A stretch of DNA of 64,000 nucleotides from positions 3,720,001-3,784,000 of the forward strand of contig CATNEN010000037.1 of the NCBI GenBank assembly GCA_950097015.1, written 5' to 3'. The notes beneath the pieces were generated by a model, which had not been told where the DNA came from, made no database searches, and worked only from the letters and a program-made list of their open reading frames with translations. The translations under genes were made by a program, and so were the position numbers. The DNA is from Macrostomum hystrix (lineage: Eukaryota > Animalia > Platyhelminthes). The first letter of the stretch is position 1; each line of letters opens with the position of its first letter. Below, piece after piece: positions 60,335 through 64,000 of this stretch.

Positions 60335-60730
60335 GGATTGCTAGTCTATCCCATGGATGAAGGAATAGAATGGATTGCTAATCTATCCCATGCATGAAGG
60401 AATAGAATGGATTGCTAATCTATTCCATGGATAAAGGAATAGAATGGATTGCTAGTCTATCCCATGGATGAAGGAATAGAATGGATTGCTAATCTAACCC
60501 ATGCATGAAGGAATAGAATGGATTGCTAATCTATTCCATGGATAAAGGAATAGAATGGATTGCTAGTCTATCCCATGGATGAAGGAATAGAATGGATTGC
60601 TAATCTAACCCATGCATGAAGGAATAGAATGGATTGCTAATCTATTCCATGCATGAAGGAATAGAATGGATTGCTAATCTATCCCATGGATGATGAAATT
60701 GATTGGATTGCTAGTCTATAAAGGAATAGA
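60335..60730. repeat. 37-bp-family minisatellite, reverse orientation
   Basis: AATGGATTGCTAGTCTATCCCATGGATGAAGGAATAG units; reverse complement of the 13785/39215 family. Confidence 0.93.
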
Positions 60731-61174
60731 AAATGTCTCTAGTCCTCTTCATTAATAAATGCATGGATTTGTAAGTATTTAGGATGCCACTTTTTTAAAC
60801 AACACAGAAATAGTTTACGAAATTCTCCCATTTTCTTGTCTTAGTTGCATCACAGGCGCTCATTCGCCATTTCAGAACGCCGAAAGTGCCGTTTTAACCG
60901 GAGACGCGTTGCCATGGGAACTGAAACTGAGCTCCTGAAAAGTAGTGGCGCTATCTGACGTTGAGAGAAACTGAGGACTTTTTTTACAGCGGCCGCGCCA
61001 GCACTTTTTTAATAATAGTTGTACTTTTTTCATAGTCTGATTGATTTCAATATACTTAATAATCATGATATTATTTTTTTATATTTTCTTTTAGGACTGA
61101 TGTTTACCTTAAAGAACGCTAACTTTTTTGTTAAACTATTAAGTCTGTCAGATCTCGAACAATTCATCTAGGCT

Positions 61175-61915
61175 TGGGAAGATTCCGTCAAGTCTGGGTC
61201 GATTTTTTCAGGCCTGGGAAGATTCCGTCAAATCTGGTTCGATTCTTTCAGGCCTGGGAAGATTCTGTCAAGTCTGGGACGATTCTTTCAGGGCTGGGAA
61301 GATTCTGTCAAGTCTGGGACGATTCTTTCAGGGCTGGGAAGATTCTGTCAAGTCTGGGACGATTCTTTCAGGCCTGGGAAGATTCTGTCAAGTCTGGGAC
61401 GATTCTTTCAGGGCTGGGAAGATTCCGTCAAATCTGGGACGATTCTTTCAGGACTGGGAAGATTCCGTCAAATCTGGGACGATTCTTTCAGGACTGGAAA
61501 GATTCCGTCAAATCTGGGACGATTCTTTCAGGACTGGGAAGATTGTGTCAAATCTGGGACTATTCTTTCAGGCCTGGGAAGATTCTGCTAAATCTGGTTC
61601 GATTCTTTCAGGGCTAGGAAGATTCTGTCAAGTCTGGGACGATTCTTTCAGGGCTGGGAAGATTCTGTCAAATCTGGGACGATTCTTTCAGGGCTGGGAA
61701 GATTCTGTCAAGTCTGGGACGATTCTTTCAGGTCTGGGAAGATTCTATCAAGTCTCTGACGATTCTTTCAGGTCTGGGAAGATTCCGTCAAGTCTGGGAC
61801 GATTCTTTTAGGCCTGGGAAGATTCTATCAAGTCTGGGACGATTCTTTCAGGCCTGGGAAGATTCTGTCAAGTCTGGGACGATTCTTATAAGCTTAGGAA
61901 GACTCCGTCAAATCT
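61175..61915. repeat. 40-bp minisatellite made of two related 20-mers
   Basis: CTGGGAAGATTCTGTCAAGT + CTGGGACGATTCTTTCAGGG, about 18 units. Confidence 0.94.
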
Positions 61916-62464
61916 GTCGAACTTTGAAGTTTCTGTTTACATAGACAGGAATCGCCACCATTTGTAAGATTCCGACTTTTCGAGAAGGTTTCTTTTGCAT
62001 CCACTAAACTAATTGCACTCATTAGAAGAACTTTTTATAATTTGCAATAAACTAATTGACAATTATTTTATTGCTCTCATGATTAAGAATTGATCAATGA
62101 ATAAAGCAAGTCGCTTCTAGACTGAGCAATTTAATTCATTTGTAGGAATATAATCTCAATTGCTGGCCAAACAGCTTCATCTAGGCATCTTGGGCCTGCA
62201 TAGAAACTGCATGGCCACGACTTATTGAGGGCCGGGGCCCCAGGACCACCCAAGTGAGCCGTCCGTCTCTCTGTGTGTCTCGCAACATCAGTCTTTCAGC
62301 ATTTTTAGCACCATGGCTCCGCAATACTCCGCAACGAGTATTTCCAGGGGCCCGAGTTAATTACTAGCCAGTAAAATATTGACGGAACTATGCCGTTGCT
62401 ATGCTGTAGCTTGACCGCATCGCAATTGCACACACAGTCCTTCTAGCTGCGCCTCTTCATACGA

Positions 62465-63925
62465 TTCGATTCTGGCTGCGATTCCTGGTAGGATTCTTGC
62501 TGCGATTCCTGGTAGGATTCTTGCTGCGATTCCTGGTATGATTCTTGCTGCGATTCCTGGTAGGATTCTTACTGCGATTCCTGGTAGGATTCTTGCTGCG
62601 ATTCCTGGTAGGATTCTTGATGCGATTCCTGGTAGGATTCTTGCTGCGATTCCTGGTAGGATTCTTGCTGCGATTCCTGGTAGGATTCGTGCTGAGATTC
62701 CTGGTATGATTCTTGCTGCGATTCCTGGTAGGATTCTTGCTGCGATTCCTGGTAGGATTCTTGCTGCGATTCCTGGTAGGATTCTTGCTGCGAATCCTGG
62801 TAGGATTCTTACTGCGATTCCTGGTAGGATTCTTGCTGCGATTCCTGGTAGGATTCTTGATGCGATTCCTGGTAGGATTCTTGCTGCGATTCCTGGTAGG
62901 ATTCTTGCTGCGATTCCTGGTAGGATTCGTGCTGAGATTCCTGGTATGATTCTTGCTGCGATTCCTGGTAGGATTCTTGCTGCGATTCCTGGTAGGATTC
63001 TTGCTGCGATTCCTGGTAGGATTCTTGCTGCGAATCCTGGTAGGATTCTTGATGCGATTCCTGGTAGGATTCTTACTGCGATTCCTGGTAGGATTCTTGC
63101 TGCGATTCCTGGTAGGATTCTTGCTGCGATTCCTGGTAGGATTCTTGCTGCGAATCCTGGTAGGATTCTTGATGCGATTCCTGGTAGGATTCTTGATGCG
63201 ATTCCTGGTAGGATTCTTGCTGCGAATCCTGGTAGGATTCTTACTGCGATTCCTGGTAGGATTCTTGCTGCGATTCCTGGTAGGATTCTTGCTGCGATTC
63301 CTGGTAGGATTCTTGATGCGATTCCTGGTAGGATTCTTGCTGCGATTCCTGGTAGGATTCTTGCTGCGATTCCTGGTGGGATTCGTGCTGAGATTCCTGG
63401 TATGATTCTTGCTGCGATTCCTGGTAGGATTCTTGCTGCGATTCCTGGTAGGATTCTTGCTGCGATTCCTGGTAGGATTCTTGCTGCGAATCCTGGTAGG
63501 ATTCTTGATGCGATTCCTGGTAGGATTCTTGATGCGATTCCTGGTAGGATTCTTGCTGCGAATCCTGGTAGGATTCTTGATGCGATTCCTGGTAGGATTC
63601 TTGCTGCGATTCCTGGTAGGATTCTTGCTGCGATTCCTGGTAGGATTCTTGATGCGATTCCTGGTAGGATTCTTGCTGCGATTCCTGGTAGGATTCTTGC
63701 TGCGATTCCTGGTAGGATTCTTGATGCGATTCCTGGTAGGATTCGTGCTGAGATTCCTGGTATGATTCTTGCTGCGATTCCTGGTAGGATTCTTGCTGCG
63801 ATTCCTGGTAGGATTCTTGCTGCGATTCCTGGTAGGATTCTTGCTGCGATTCCTGGTAGGATTCTTGATGCGATTCCTGGTAGGATTCTTGATGCGATTC
63901 CTAGAAGGATTCTTGCTGCGATTTC
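62465..63925. repeat. 24-bp minisatellite made of two related 12-mers
   Basis: GATTCCTGGTAG + GATTCTTGCTGC, about 60 units; a 240-bp block is duplicated (variant at about 62688 and 62928); source of spurious ORF 62538..63944. Confidence 0.97.
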
Positions 63926-64000
63926 AAGAATTCTAATTCTATAATTCTAATCAATTCTTATTACTGATTATAGCTGCGATTATTTCAATGATATAACTAC

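Noticed and set aside
60848-60958. Possible last XDH exon after acceptor GTCTTAG
   Set aside because: In frame, but the translation (LHHRRSFAISERR...) shows no similarity to XDH C-termini; left unresolved

Overview
Eukaryotic (animal) genomic DNA. GC-rich exons, minisatellite-filled introns and tRNA-derived SINEs are most consistent with a free-living flatworm such as Macrostomum; this is inference, not a database result. Manual splicing (GT-AG sites, frame continuity) gives eight protein genes: an 88-aa secreted prepropeptide (+), a tandem galectin-like gene (-), CCDC87 (-), and a co-directional + strand run of CHAF1A, ATP5PF, EXOSC10, an M6PR-like receptor and a xanthine dehydrogenase (14 exons resolved, last exon not). 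The longest ORFs in the supplied track are artefacts of about 20 minisatellite arrays. Two SINE families and two MITE-like elements are also present. Main observations: (1) most genes begin at a bare splice acceptor, and CHAF1A and EXOSC10 lack their own start codon, consistent with a trans-spliced leader supplying the AUG, with EXOSC10-M6PR a candidate operon; (2) a peptide precursor missed by the ORF track; (3) intron-specific and dispersed minisatellites; (4) a local CpG-decay domain recorded in one SINE copy.
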